Below are positions 28,529-38,710 of a stretch of DNA of 64,000 bases, piece after piece (positions within the stretch are counted from its first letter, which is position 1; each line of letters starts with the position of its first letter). Origin of the DNA: Candidatus Falkowbacteria bacterium (GTDB lineage: Bacteria > Patescibacteriota > Patescibacteriia > Patescibacteriales > UBA12465). The notes below the pieces were generated by a model. It saw only the letters and a list, made by a program, of their open reading frames with translations. It was not told where the DNA came from and did no database searches. A program made the translations under genes and the position numbers. The stretch is taken from assembly GCA_016432645.1 (NCBI GenBank), contig CP066698.1, positions 20,245 to 84,244 of the forward strand, in the 5' to 3' direction.

Positions 28529-29107
28529 ATGATTTCTTATTTACGGGGCACAATTATTTCTAAATCTACTAGTTATTTTATTTTGGATGTCCGTGATATT
28601 GGCTATGCGATTTTTGCCGGTGAAAATTTTTTAAATGAAATCAAAACCGGAGAATCGCTGGAGGTTTTTACTCATCATCACGTTCGCGAAGAGGCTTCCG
28701 ATTTATATGGTTTTAAAAGTTTGGAAGAACTAGATTTATTTGAAATGTTAATTAGCGTTTCTGGAGTCGGTCCTAAATCGGCTTTAGGCGTATTAGCGAT
28801 TGCGACGGCCGGCGACATCAAAGAATCAATTGTCAGGGGCGACGCCGAGCTGTTAACTAAAGTTTCCGGCATTGGCCGTAAGACCGCAGAGCGCTTGGTT
28901 TTAGAACTTAAGGGCAAGATTATGAAAATCGCCCCCAGTTCTAAATTGGGCGTTGGCGGCCCCTTGTCTTCGAGTGATGAGTTAGATGCCTTAATGTCTT
29001 TGGGATATTCTTTAAGTGAAGCTCGGGCGGCGCTTGGAAGCGTAGATCCGGAGCTTAAAGATACTAGCGCCAGAGTAAAACAAGCCTTAAAAATTATGAA
29101 AAAATGA
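28529..29107 (+). CDS. ruvA: Holliday junction branch migration protein RuvA
   Basis: MISYLRG, VREEASDLYGF, SVSGVGPK, GIGRKTAER. Confidence 0.97.
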   Translation: MISYLRGTIISKSTSYFILDVRDIGYAIFAGENFLNEIKTGESLEVFTHHHVREEASDLYGFKSLEELDLFEMLISVSGVGPKSALGVLAIATAGDIKESIVRGDAELLTKVSGIGRKTAERLVLELKGKIMKIAPSSKLGVGGPLSSSDELDALMSLGYSLSEARAALGSVDPELKDTSARVKQALKIMKK

Positions 29108-29155
29108 AGCTTTACAAGCGCTCATTTTTTGGATAGGATAAAAGAAAAGAACTAT

Positions 29156-30592
29156 ATGGCAATTAGCGAAAAAAGAACAATTACAAAACAAGAAGTTGAT
29201 TTTCCCGCCTGGTATCAAGATGTCGTCCGTGAAGCGGAATTAGCTGAATCTTCCGAGGTCCGCGGCTGCGGTATTGTCCGCCCTTATGGCTTAAAAATCT
29301 GGGAATTAATTAAAGCTGAACTTAGTCGCCGTCTGGAAGATGATGGCGTGGAAAATGTTTATTTTCCGGTTTTTGTGCCTCTGGAGAATTTGGAAGCGGA
29401 AAAAGATCATGTTGAAGGATTCGCGCCTGAACTGGCTGTTGTTACTCATGCCGGCGGCGAAGAGTTAACTAATAAACTGGCTATCCGCCCCACTTCCGAA
29501 GCGGCGATGTATAAAACTTATGCTAAATGGATTCAGAGTTATAAAGATTTGCCTTTGCGTTTAAATCAGTGGGCGAATGTTGTTCGTTGGGAAAAGCGGC
29601 CGCGTGCTTTTTTGCGCTGGAGCGAATTTTTATGGCAAGAAGGCCATACGGCTTTTGCTAATGAAGATGAGGCTCGATCCGAAGTGATAAAAATGTTGGA
29701 TATATATAAGGATGTTTATGATTTTATGGCCATCCCGACTTTTACTGGCCGAAAATCAGAGAATGAAAAATTTGCCGGTGCGGTTATGACGACCACTGTT
29801 GAAGTAATGGCTAAAGATGGCAAGGCTATTCAAGGAGCTACCAGCCATTATTTAGGAACTAATTTTGCTAAAGTGTTCGGCGTAAATTATTTGGGTGCAG
29901 ATGGGAGTTCTCATCTTGCTCACCAAAATAGCTGGGGGCTCTCTTGGCGTTCAGTGGGCGCTTTGGTTATGGTGCACGGCGATGATAATGGTTTGCGCTT
30001 GCCGCCGAATATCGCGCCTATTCAAATTGTAATTGTGCCGATTTATAAAGATGAAGTTTCCCGTCAGCAAGTTTTGGATTTTTGCCAGACCATTAAAAAT
30101 AAATTTGGAATTAGCTATCGCATCAAAATTGATGAACGCGATGGACAAACCCCGGGATTTAAGTTTAATTATTGGGAAGTTCGCGGCGTGCCTGTCAGGT
30201 TGGAAGTCGGCTTAAAGGAGCTTGCGGAAAATAAAGTAACTTTATTCAGACGAGACAATGGAATTAAGGAGGTGGTGGCCGTTGAAGATTTAGATAAGTC
30301 CTTGCCGTCCATCATGTCTGATATTCATCAGAGCCTCTATCAGCAAGCAGTTGATTTTTCTAAGAAAAATATTAATAGAATTGAAAGTTGGGATGAAATT
30401 AAGGAGCAGACTGGCTGGTTTGAGGCTAGTTGGAGCGAGGATCCGGAAACTGAAAAACAGCTAAAAGAAAAATATGGAATTGTCTCTCGGGTATTGCTAA
30501 GAGAAAAAGAAAATGAGGCGCCAAAAAATAAAAAATGCTTTATCAGCGGCCAAGAGGCTAAGCATGATTGGCTATTTGCTAAGTGTTACTAA
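29156..30592 (+). CDS. proS: Proline--tRNA ligase, archaeal/eukaryote-type
   Basis: EKDHVEGFAPE, RPTSE, FLRWSEFLWQEGHT, QGATSHYLG, C-terminal Tyr; ATG at 29156 preferred. Confidence 0.96.
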   Translation: MAISEKRTITKQEVDFPAWYQDVVREAELAESSEVRGCGIVRPYGLKIWELIKAELSRRLEDDGVENVYFPVFVPLENLEAEKDHVEGFAPELAVVTHAGGEELTNKLAIRPTSEAAMYKTYAKWIQSYKDLPLRLNQWANVVRWEKRPRAFLRWSEFLWQEGHTAFANEDEARSEVIKMLDIYKDVYDFMAIPTFTGRKSENEKFAGAVMTTTVEVMAKDGKAIQGATSHYLGTNFAKVFGVNYLGADGSSHLAHQNSWGLSWRSVGALVMVHGDDNGLRLPPNIAPIQIVIVPIYKDEVSRQQVLDFCQTIKNKFGISYRIKIDERDGQTPGFKFNYWEVRGVPVRLEVGLKELAENKVTLFRRDNGIKEVVAVEDLDKSLPSIMSDIHQSLYQQAVDFSKKNINRIESWDEIKEQTGWFEASWSEDPETEKQLKEKYGIVSRVLLREKENEAPKNKKCFISGQEAKHDWLFAKCY

Positions 30593-30605
30593 AATACTCT
30601 AAACT

Positions 30606-31646
30606 ATGTTCAATAGATTAATCGGAAAATTCAGCCATGATTTAGGAATCGATTTAGGTACTAGAAATACCCTAGTTTATCTTAGCGATAAAGGTTTAGT
30701 GATTAACGAGCCGAGCGTGGTCGCCATTAATAAGAGAACTAATGAAATCTTAGAAGTTGGGGAAGCCGCTAAAAAAATGGTCGGCAAAACGCCGGGACAT
30801 ATTGAAGCGATTAAGCCGCTGGTTGACGGGGTGATTTCAGATTTTGAAGTTACCGAAAAAATGCTTAAATATTTTATCGGTAAAGTCCACAGTGATAATT
30901 TTGCTTTAGTTTCTCGGCCGCGCGTGGTGATTGGCATCCCGCTGGATTTAACGGAGGTAGAAAAAAAAGCGGTGGAAGATGCCGCTAAATCAGCTGGCGC
31001 GCGCAAAGTTTATTTAATTGAGGAAGCGATGGCGTCGGCGATTGGGGCTCGTTTGCCAGTAACCGATGCTACGGCCACCATGATTGTGGATATCGGCGGT
31101 GGCACCACGGAAATTGCGGTTATTTCTTTGGGAGGCGTGGTTACTTGGAAATCTCTAAAAGCCGCCGGCAACGAATTCGACAGCAATATTATTGAATATA
31201 TCCGCGAGGAATTTAATATTTTAATCGGCGAGCAGCTGGCTGAAAGCATCAAAATTGGGATTGGGTCGGCCGTGCCGCTTGATGAACCGAAAGAAATGGA
31301 GGTTCGCGGCCGCGATTTATTAACCGGGTTGCCAAAAGCGATTATGATTAATGATAAGCAAATTAGAGAAGCGATTGGGCGTACCGTCAGTAAGATAATT
31401 GATAATATTAAAACTATTTTAGAAACTACGCCGCCGGAATTAGTTTCCGATATTTATGAACGCGGCCTTTATTTATCAGGTGGCGGCGCTTTGCTTCGCG
31501 GTTTAGATAAAGCAATTTCGGCTGCCTCTAAGATTCCGGTTAAAATTGTGGATGATCCTTTAACTTGCGTTGCCCGCGGGACCGGTTTATTGTTAAATAA
31601 CAAAGAATTATTAGAAAAAGTAATTCTCCCAACCAGTTCTGATTAA
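30606..31646 (+). CDS. mreB: Rod shape-determining protein MreB (copy 1)
   Basis: GIDLGT, EPSVVA, DIGGGTTE, TPPEL; upstream of mreC. Confidence 0.96.
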   Translation: MFNRLIGKFSHDLGIDLGTRNTLVYLSDKGLVINEPSVVAINKRTNEILEVGEAAKKMVGKTPGHIEAIKPLVDGVISDFEVTEKMLKYFIGKVHSDNFALVSRPRVVIGIPLDLTEVEKKAVEDAAKSAGARKVYLIEEAMASAIGARLPVTDATATMIVDIGGGTTEIAVISLGGVVTWKSLKAAGNEFDSNIIEYIREEFNILIGEQLAESIKIGIGSAVPLDEPKEMEVRGRDLLTGLPKAIMINDKQIREAIGRTVSKIIDNIKTILETTPPELVSDIYERGLYLSGGGALLRGLDKAISAASKIPVKIVDDPLTCVARGTGLLLNNKELLEKVILPTSSD

Positions 31647-31675
31647 TTCCTATTTTTTAAGAAACTTGCGTTTAT

Positions 31676-32488
31676 ATGATTAGGATTAAGAAAAACAATC
31701 CTTGGTTAATTTTTACGGTAGTTCTCGGACTACTGGTTTTTTTACATGGAATCGGGGTTATTCGCCCTCTAGAGAACGCTTTGCTGTTTTTGATAAAACC
31801 GGTAAGCAGTAAACTGTATGTTTGGGGTACAGGGGTCAGCTCTTCTTATAGCGAAAATCGAGAAAAAGCTGATTTACTTTCGGAAATTAATCGCTTGCAA
31901 CAAACAGTCGCTGCCCTAACTATCCAAGATTCTCATTGGCGGGAAGTTGAAGGAGAGAATGAAAAATTACGCGGACAATTAAATTTTGTAGCCGCCAATA
32001 AATTTCGCGTGGTTTTGGCTAACATAATTGCCAAGGAAGAATCTTTTTCGGCAACTGAAAATAGCCGTGATTTAGTGATTAATCGGGGGCAAAAAGATGG
32101 TTTGCGTCCCGACTACGGCGTACTTAGCCCCGACGGCGCTATTATTGGCAAGATTGTGGAGGTTAATGATACGAGTTCCCGGATTTGTTTGGTGACTAGC
32201 CCCGGCTGCCAATTAGCCGCTAGCCTGCAAAATGAGGATAAAACCAAGGGAATTACCGATGGCAATTTAGGGCTGACAATTAACATGAATTACATTCCGC
32301 AATTAGAAAAGATTGCCCTGGGCGATATGGTAATTACTTCCGGATTGGGCGGAAACATTCCTCGCGGCCTGGTAATCGGCAAAGTTTCGGAAGTTAAAAG
32401 TGAAAGTAATGAAGTTTGGCAGGCGGCCATTATTGAGCCGTTAGTTAATTTAAATGATTTAACGGTTGTTTCCATCGTCATTCCTTAA
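31676..32488 (+). CDS. mreC: Rod shape-determining protein MreC
   Basis: TM plus coiled coil, INRGQKDG, VITSGLGGNIPRGLVIG. Confidence 0.93.
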   Translation: MIRIKKNNPWLIFTVVLGLLVFLHGIGVIRPLENALLFLIKPVSSKLYVWGTGVSSSYSENREKADLLSEINRLQQTVAALTIQDSHWREVEGENEKLRGQLNFVAANKFRVVLANIIAKEESFSATENSRDLVINRGQKDGLRPDYGVLSPDGAIIGKIVEVNDTSSRICLVTSPGCQLAASLQNEDKTKGITDGNLGLTINMNYIPQLEKIALGDMVITSGLGGNIPRGLVIGKVSEVKSESNEVWQAAIIEPLVNLNDLTVVSIVIP

Positions 32489-32496
32489 AAGAATTT

Positions 32497-33039
32497 ATGC
32501 TTAAAAAAGTCGGACAAATCTTAATTTTTGCCGCGGTTTGCTTGGTGGCTGCTACTTGGCAATTTGCTTTTATTTCCTCGCTTCCCGGCGTTTTTAATCA
32601 AATAAATCTCGGTTTAATGCTCTTAATATTTATTTTATTCTTTTTTGGGGCTAGGGCCGCTTTATTTTTTATTTTTTCTTTTGGATTTTTGATGGATACT
32701 TTTTCTTTTCAATTTTTTAGCTTTTATTTTATCTGTTTGGCGGTGGCCGCGGTAGCCTCGTATTTAATTTTAGAGAATTGGCTAACCAATAAATCTTTAT
32801 ATTCTTTTTGGGTTTTATTTTTAGTGGCGACTTTGGTTTATAATTTGGCGGCGGGTATTCTTACTTTTTTAGCGGCTAATTTTCAAGGTTTGCCTGGATT
32901 TTTAACCTTTTCTTTTTGGCGCAATGTTTTTTATCAATCAGCCTGGAATATTTTAGCGGCCGCTTTATTTTTTAATATTTCGGTGGTTTTAGCCAAAAGA
33001 TTCCAGCCGTTCTTTCTGGAAAAGAAAAGCGGGTTGTGA
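32497..33039 (+). CDS. mreD: Probable MreD
   Basis: Very hydrophobic 180 aa protein directly after mreC; GFLMD motif. Confidence 0.7.
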   Translation: MLKKVGQILIFAAVCLVAATWQFAFISSLPGVFNQINLGLMLLIFILFFFGARAALFFIFSFGFLMDTFSFQFFSFYFICLAVAAVASYLILENWLTNKSLYSFWVLFLVATLVYNLAAGILTFLAANFQGLPGFLTFSFWRNVFYQSAWNILAAALFFNISVVLAKRFQPFFLEKKSGL

Positions 33040-33063
33040 TATTATAAAAGTAATCTAAAAAAT

Positions 33064-34056
33064 ATGATTTACGATTTTATTACTATCGGCGGCGCTACTC
33101 GAGATATCAGTTTTTTTACTGATCAAGGGATTTTAATTAATAATCCGCGGGATATTTTACGCCAACAGCTTTTAGCCTTTGAATATGGCGCTAAAATTAG
33201 AATTGATAAGTTCAACTATAGTTATGGCGGCGGCGCGGCTAATGCCGCAGTTAATTTGGCTCATTTCGGCTTTAAGGCTGGATGTTTATCGGCCATCGGC
33301 GATGATGAAAATGGCCGGGCGATAATTAAAAATTTTCAAGAACGACAAGTAGCGGTTTCTTTGATAAAAAAAATAGCGGGCGTACATAGTGGTTTTTCAT
33401 TTATTATAATTTCTAAAACCGGCGAACGGATAATTTTTACCGAACGCGGGGCTAACGGCCTATTGCAAATTTCTAATAAAGAAGAAGCCGCGCTTAAGAA
33501 TGCCAAAAATATCTACATTTCTTCTCTGTCAGGTAATTGGCCGGCAATTTTGAAAAAAGTTTTTGCTATTGCTTCGCGGCAGGGAATCAGAGTTGCCTGG
33601 AATCCGAGCGAGGCGCAATATTCCAGCGGCTTGAAAAGATTAATGCCGTTCTTAAAAAATACTTTTATTTTTTCGGTGAATAAGGATGAGGCAATTGAAC
33701 TGGCCCTGGCTCATTCCAAACTGCGCGGCCAAAAAATAAAAACCGCCTTTCTTAATGATGAAAAAAATTTGCTCCAAATAATTAAAGGTTATGGTCCGAA
33801 AATAGTATTGATTACTTCTGGCAGCGCCGGCGCCTACGCTTACGATGGACAGAAATTTTACTACCAGCCGATATGCCAAGAAAAAAAACGAGTTGACACT
33901 ACTGGTGTTGGCGATATTTTTAATTCTACGTTTGCGGCTGGCGTTGAATTGTTCAAGGGAGATATTAAAAAAGCTTTGCTGCTAAGTGCGCGCAACACCG
34001 CTTCTAAAATTGCCCATTTGGGAGCACAAAATGGATTATTAAAAATAAAAATGTAA
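33064..34056 (+). CDS. PfkB/ribokinase family carbohydrate kinase
   Basis: GGGAANAA, NKDEA, DTTGVGD. Confidence 0.92.
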   Translation: MIYDFITIGGATRDISFFTDQGILINNPRDILRQQLLAFEYGAKIRIDKFNYSYGGGAANAAVNLAHFGFKAGCLSAIGDDENGRAIIKNFQERQVAVSLIKKIAGVHSGFSFIIISKTGERIIFTERGANGLLQISNKEEAALKNAKNIYISSLSGNWPAILKKVFAIASRQGIRVAWNPSEAQYSSGLKRLMPFLKNTFIFSVNKDEAIELALAHSKLRGQKIKTAFLNDEKNLLQIIKGYGPKIVLITSGSAGAYAYDGQKFYYQPICQEKKRVDTTGVGDIFNSTFAAGVELFKGDIKKALLLSARNTASKIAHLGAQNGLLKIKM

Positions 34057-34066
34057 AGATAATTTT

Positions 34067-34519
34067 ATGATAAATGAGGTAATAATTAAAGAACTTACTA
34101 AAAATAATGATGAACGCGGCTTTTTAACCGAACTTTTTCGAGCCGATGAATTAGATTTTAAGCCAGCCATGTCTTATGCTAGCTTTACTAATCCCGGGGT
34201 AATTAGGGGTCCGCATGAGCACGTAGCTCAAAGCGATTGTTTTGTTTTTCTGGGTCCGGGTAGTTTTGCGCTCCATCTTTGGGATCGAAGAGAAAACTCC
34301 AGTACTAACGGCGAGAAAATGGAAATTATTGTTGGTGAAAATAACCCCACTCTAGTAATTGTTCCTCCAGGGGTAGTTCATGGTTATAAATGTGTTTCGG
34401 AAATTCCAGCTTTAAGTCTTAACTTTCCGGATAAGCTTTACCGTGGTGAAGGCAAGAAGGAAGAAGTCGACGAAATCCGTTGGGAGAAAGACCCTGAAAG
34501 TCCTTATAAAATAAGCTAA
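34067..34519 (+). CDS. rmlC: dTDP-4-dehydrorhamnose 3,5-epimerase family protein
   Basis: DERGFLTE, GVIRGPHEH, VPPGVVHG. Confidence 0.85.
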   Translation: MINEVIIKELTKNNDERGFLTELFRADELDFKPAMSYASFTNPGVIRGPHEHVAQSDCFVFLGPGSFALHLWDRRENSSTNGEKMEIIVGENNPTLVIVPPGVVHGYKCVSEIPALSLNFPDKLYRGEGKKEEVDEIRWEKDPESPYKIS

Positions 34520-34530
34520 TCAAAAAATAT

Positions 34531-34926
34531 ATGTGTATTTTTTGCAAAATTGTGGCCGGTGAGCTGCCTGCTTATAAGATTTATGAAGATGAAAAAACTT
34601 TGGCTTTTTTAGATATTAAGCCTACTACCAGCGGCCATGCCTTGGTTATTACCAAAGCTCATTACGCCAACTTGGAAGAAATATCGGAAGTTGATTTAAC
34701 AGCGCTGGCTTTGGCAACTAAAAAGGTCGGTGCGCTTTTAAAGGAAAAATTAAATGTTCCTGGTTATAATATGTCATCCAATAATGACCCAGTGGCCGGG
34801 CAAGAAATTCCTCATATTCATTTTCATTTAATACCGCGCCATGAAGGGGATGGTCTGGTAAATTGGCCAAAAATTGAATATGGTCCCGGTGATATGGAAG
34901 AAATAGCTAAAAAATTAACCGCTTAA
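34531..34926 (+). CDS. HIT family protein
   Basis: CIFCKI, GQEIPHIHFHLIPR. Confidence 0.95.
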   Translation: MCIFCKIVAGELPAYKIYEDEKTLAFLDIKPTTSGHALVITKAHYANLEEISEVDLTALALATKKVGALLKEKLNVPGYNMSSNNDPVAGQEIPHIHFHLIPRHEGDGLVNWPKIEYGPGDMEEIAKKLTA

Positions 34927-34928
34927 TT

Positions 34929-35894
34929 ATGAAGTTACTTGTGACTGGCGGCGCCGGTTTTATCGGCTCCAATTTTATCCACTACTGGTTGAATAAATAT
35001 CCACAAGATCAAATTAGAAATCTCGATCTTTTGACTTATGCCGGTAATCCAGATAATTTAAAAGATCTTGAAAACAATCCTAATTATGAATTTATTCATG
35101 GCGATATTTGCAACCAAGCATTAGTAGAGACAGCTGTTCAAGGCGTAGATTTAATTGTCCATTTTGCGGCCGAGAGCCATGTTGACCGTTCAATCAGCGA
35201 CAGTTCTGATTTTGTTAAGACTAATGTCGAAGGTACGCGCGTTCTGCTGGATGCCGCTAAAAATAACGGCGGGATTAGGTTCCACCATGTTTCTACCGAT
35301 GAAGTTTTTGGCGCCTTGGAGATGGGCGATAAGAAATTCACTGAAGATACGCCTTATTCGCCGCGCTCTCCTTATAGCGCCTCTAAAGCTGCCAGTGATC
35401 ATTTAGTTAGAGCTTATTTTCATACCCATAAATTGCCGATTACTATTTCCAATTGCTCTAATAATTATGGGCCCTATCAATATCCTGAAAAATTAATCCC
35501 CTTATTCGTTACTAATTTAATGGAAGGTAAAAAGGTTCCGGTTTATGGCAACGGTTTGAATATCCGTGATTGGATTCATGTTGATGATCATAATTACGGC
35601 GTTGATTTAATTATTAAACAGGGAAAAATCGGTGAAACTTATTGCCTCGGTGGTAATAGTGAAAAAACTAATTTAGAAATTACCAAAGCTGTTTTAAATT
35701 TGATGGGCCAGGGGGAAGAAATGATTGAATATGTCGGCGATCGTTTAGGTCATGATTTAAGATATGCCATTGATTTTTCCAAAGCGGAAAAAGAATTAGG
35801 ATTTAAACCACAGCATTCATTTGAGAATGGCCTAAAGGAAACAGTGGAATGGTATAAAAATAATCAGACCTGGTGGAAAAAATTAAAAAAATAA
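34929..35894 (+). CDS. rfbB: dTDP-glucose 4,6-dehydratase
   Basis: GGAGFIG, FAAESHVDRS, STDEV, YSASK, RLGHDLRY. Confidence 0.97.
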   Translation: MKLLVTGGAGFIGSNFIHYWLNKYPQDQIRNLDLLTYAGNPDNLKDLENNPNYEFIHGDICNQALVETAVQGVDLIVHFAAESHVDRSISDSSDFVKTNVEGTRVLLDAAKNNGGIRFHHVSTDEVFGALEMGDKKFTEDTPYSPRSPYSASKAASDHLVRAYFHTHKLPITISNCSNNYGPYQYPEKLIPLFVTNLMEGKKVPVYGNGLNIRDWIHVDDHNYGVDLIIKQGKIGETYCLGGNSEKTNLEITKAVLNLMGQGEEMIEYVGDRLGHDLRYAIDFSKAEKELGFKPQHSFENGLKETVEWYKNNQTWWKKLKK

Positions 35895-35908
35895 GTAATA
35901 AAATAAGT

Positions 35909-36340
35909 ATGAAATCTAAAAAAATCTTTATTATTGAAGATGACGCCAATATCCTCTATGGCTTAGAGGCACAATTTTCTAATTCTGGCCTGGAAGTGGA
36001 AGTAAGCGAGGCAGAAGAAGAGGCGGAGGAGCTAATGGATAATTTGCGAGAGTTCCAACCGGATTTTATTGTGTTAGACTTAATTTTACCAAAAATTGAT
36101 GGCTTTGAAATTGTGAAGCGTTTAAAATCAGATGAGGAACTCGGTGAAAGGCAAATTTTTATTTTTACTGATTTAAGCGACGAGGACAGCCGCCAGCGCA
36201 GCTTGGAGATCGGTGCTGATTATGTCTTTTTTAAGGATGATTTTGATACTTTTCAATTTGCTGAAAAAGTGCTAAAAATAATTGATAATCAGGAAAAAAG
36301 TGAAGACAGCGACGATGACGATGAGCAGATGATTGATTAG
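35909..36340 (+). CDS. Stand-alone response regulator receiver protein
   Basis: IIEDD, LDLILPKIDG, acidic tail; ATG at 35909 preferred. Confidence 0.88.
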   Translation: MKSKKIFIIEDDANILYGLEAQFSNSGLEVEVSEAEEEAEELMDNLREFQPDFIVLDLILPKIDGFEIVKRLKSDEELGERQIFIFTDLSDEDSRQRSLEIGADYVFFKDDFDTFQFAEKVLKIIDNQEKSEDSDDDDEQMID

Positions 36341-36401
36341 CAAATATCTCTAAATTGACTAAAGGCGCGTAAGCGGTTAGAATAGGTCTGTATATTATCT
36401 T

Positions 36402-37409
36402 ATGTTTATTAAACAAATCGGGATTGATTTGGGTACAACTTATACCTTGGTTTATTTGCCTCGGCGAGGCATTGTTGTTAATGAACCGAGCGTTGTGGCC
36501 GTATCAATTGCAGACAAAAAAATATTGGCCGTTGGCAATGAAGCCAAAGATATGTTGGGTCGCACTCCCGATACTATTATGGCGGTTAAACCCTTAAAAG
36601 ACGGGGTGATTGCTGATTATCGGGCGACGGAAGCCATGATTAGATATTTTATTAATAAGACTTTGGGTGGTTTGCGCTTATTTAGACCAGAGGTAATGGT
36701 TGCGGTTCCGGCCGGGATTTCCTCGACTGAAAGACGGGCGGTAATTGAAGCGACGATTGCGGCGGGAGCCAAAGCCGCCTATATTATTAAGGAGCCGGTG
36801 GCCGCAGCTATCGGCGCTGATATTCCAATCGGTTCGGCGACCGGGCATATGGTCATTGATATCGGTGGCGGTACCGCCGAAATGGCAGTTATCTCTTTAG
36901 GCGGCGTCGTGGCCTCCACTTCAGTAAGAGTAGGCGGGAATAAATTTGATGCTGCAATTTTAGAGTATGTCCGCAAAAAATATAATCTAGCAATCGGCGA
37001 ACGGACCGCGGAGGAAATTAAAATAAATATCGGCTCAGCTTTGTATATGGAAGATAAGCTGCACATGGAAGTCCGCGGCCGCGATATTGTTACCGGTTTG
37101 CCGCGCAGTATTACTGTTTCCAGCGATGATGTTACCGAAGCTATCCAACACGAATTAGAAGCAATAATTTCCGCCTCCAAGAAAGTTTTGCAAAAAACCC
37201 CTCCGGAATTATCGGCGGATATTATGGATAAGGGAATTGTCTTAACAGGAGGGAGCTCTTTGCTTCGTAACATGGACCAATTAATTGCGCGCACGACTGG
37301 TGTGCCGGCTTATGTTGCTGACGATGCCATGCTCTGCGTTGCCAAGGGAACCGGGATTGCCCTAGACAATTTAGATTCATATAAGCGCAGTATTTTAGCA
37401 ACCAAATAA
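36402..37409 (+). CDS. mreB: MreB/Mbl paralog (copy 2)
   Basis: GIDLGT, EPSVVA, DIGGGTAE, TPPELSADI. Confidence 0.95.
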   Translation: MFIKQIGIDLGTTYTLVYLPRRGIVVNEPSVVAVSIADKKILAVGNEAKDMLGRTPDTIMAVKPLKDGVIADYRATEAMIRYFINKTLGGLRLFRPEVMVAVPAGISSTERRAVIEATIAAGAKAAYIIKEPVAAAIGADIPIGSATGHMVIDIGGGTAEMAVISLGGVVASTSVRVGGNKFDAAILEYVRKKYNLAIGERTAEEIKINIGSALYMEDKLHMEVRGRDIVTGLPRSITVSSDDVTEAIQHELEAIISASKKVLQKTPPELSADIMDKGIVLTGGSSLLRNMDQLIARTTGVPAYVADDAMLCVAKGTGIALDNLDSYKRSILATK

Positions 37410-37434
37410 GCGGCTAACCTATCGGTTAGCTGCT
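37409..37434 (+). terminator. Hairpin after mreB copy 2
   Basis: AGCGGCTAACC-tatc-GGTTAGCTGCT followed by an AT-rich tail. Confidence 0.55.
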
Positions 37435-37442
37435 ATTTATTT

Positions 37443-38654
37443 ATGACTATTGGAATAGACGCCTCCAGGGCTAATTTAAAAAGAAAGACTGGTACTGAAT
37501 GGTACTCTTTTTACTTAATTAAAAATTTAGCCAAAATTGATAAGGAAAATAAATATCTTCTTTATTTGAATGATTTGCCGTCTTCGGAGTTACAGGAGAT
37601 TATTAAAGATAATCCGAATTTTTCTGTTAAATTTTTACATTGGCCTTTCCTTTCTTTTTGGACCTTAGGTCGTTTGACTTTAGAAATGATTTTTCATAAG
37701 CCCGACATCCTATTTATTCCGGCCCATACCATGCCCTTAGTTTATCCTAAACGAACAATTAACACGATTCATGACATTGCTTTTGCTCGGGATAGAAATC
37801 TCTATCAATCCAAGGGAGTTAAGACTGATCGCGCCCTATCTAAAAAAATTGTGGAGTTTTTAGTGCGCTTATTTACTTTAGGAAAATATCACTCCGAATC
37901 TTTAGATTATTTATATTGGTCAACTGATTTTGCCTTGCGTCGCGCTAAAAAAATAATTACAGTATCCAATTTTACTAAGCAAGATATTTTGAGTTTTTAT
38001 CCGCGCGCTAAGGCTGATAGCATTAGTGTTGTCCATAACGGTTATAACGATGATTTATATAAGATGGGCCGTGACCAAGAAAAAATTAAAGCTAAGCTGG
38101 AAAAATATAATTTAGAGCAGCCTTATTTTTTGTATGTCGGACGGTTAGAAAAGAAAAAAAATACTCCCGCTTTGATTGAAGCTTTATCTATCATGCACGA
38201 TGGTCATCCAGAAATTAAGGAAAAATTAGTTTTGATTGGCGATGCCAGCTTCGGTTATGATGAAGTTAAATATGTTATTGAAGAGTTTAATTTAAACAAT
38301 GAGGTCTTGATGCCCGGCTGGGTAGCCGAAGAAGATATGCCCTGTATTTTTAACGGCGCTAGCGCTTTTATTTTTCCTTCCAAACATGAAGGTTTTGGCA
38401 TTCCTATTTTACAAGCTATGGCTTGCGGTTTGCCGGTCGCTTGTTCAGATATTCCGGTTTTTAAAGAAGTTGCCGCTGATGCCGCTTTATATTTTAACCA
38501 TGAAGATAAAAAGGCGATTGCCGAGGCGATGGCTAAAATTATTAATGACCGCGAGCTACATCAAGAATTAATAAATAAGGGCCTGGAAAGAGCGCGGAAT
38601 TTTAGCTGGCAAAGATGCGCCGAAGAAACTTTAAAAGAAATTTTAAGCGCTTAA
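37443..38654 (+). CDS. Glycosyltransferase family 4
   Basis: YVGRLEKKKN, FPSKHEGFGIPILQAMACG. Confidence 0.93.
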   Translation: MTIGIDASRANLKRKTGTEWYSFYLIKNLAKIDKENKYLLYLNDLPSSELQEIIKDNPNFSVKFLHWPFLSFWTLGRLTLEMIFHKPDILFIPAHTMPLVYPKRTINTIHDIAFARDRNLYQSKGVKTDRALSKKIVEFLVRLFTLGKYHSESLDYLYWSTDFALRRAKKIITVSNFTKQDILSFYPRAKADSISVVHNGYNDDLYKMGRDQEKIKAKLEKYNLEQPYFLYVGRLEKKKNTPALIEALSIMHDGHPEIKEKLVLIGDASFGYDEVKYVIEEFNLNNEVLMPGWVAEEDMPCIFNGASAFIFPSKHEGFGIPILQAMACGLPVACSDIPVFKEVAADAALYFNHEDKKAIAEAMAKIINDRELHQELINKGLERARNFSWQRCAEETLKEILSA

Positions 38655-38710
38655 ATCGATTGTTTTACAATTTGTAAAAACCCCCGTTTGTGGTATTATA
38701 TAGATGTTAT

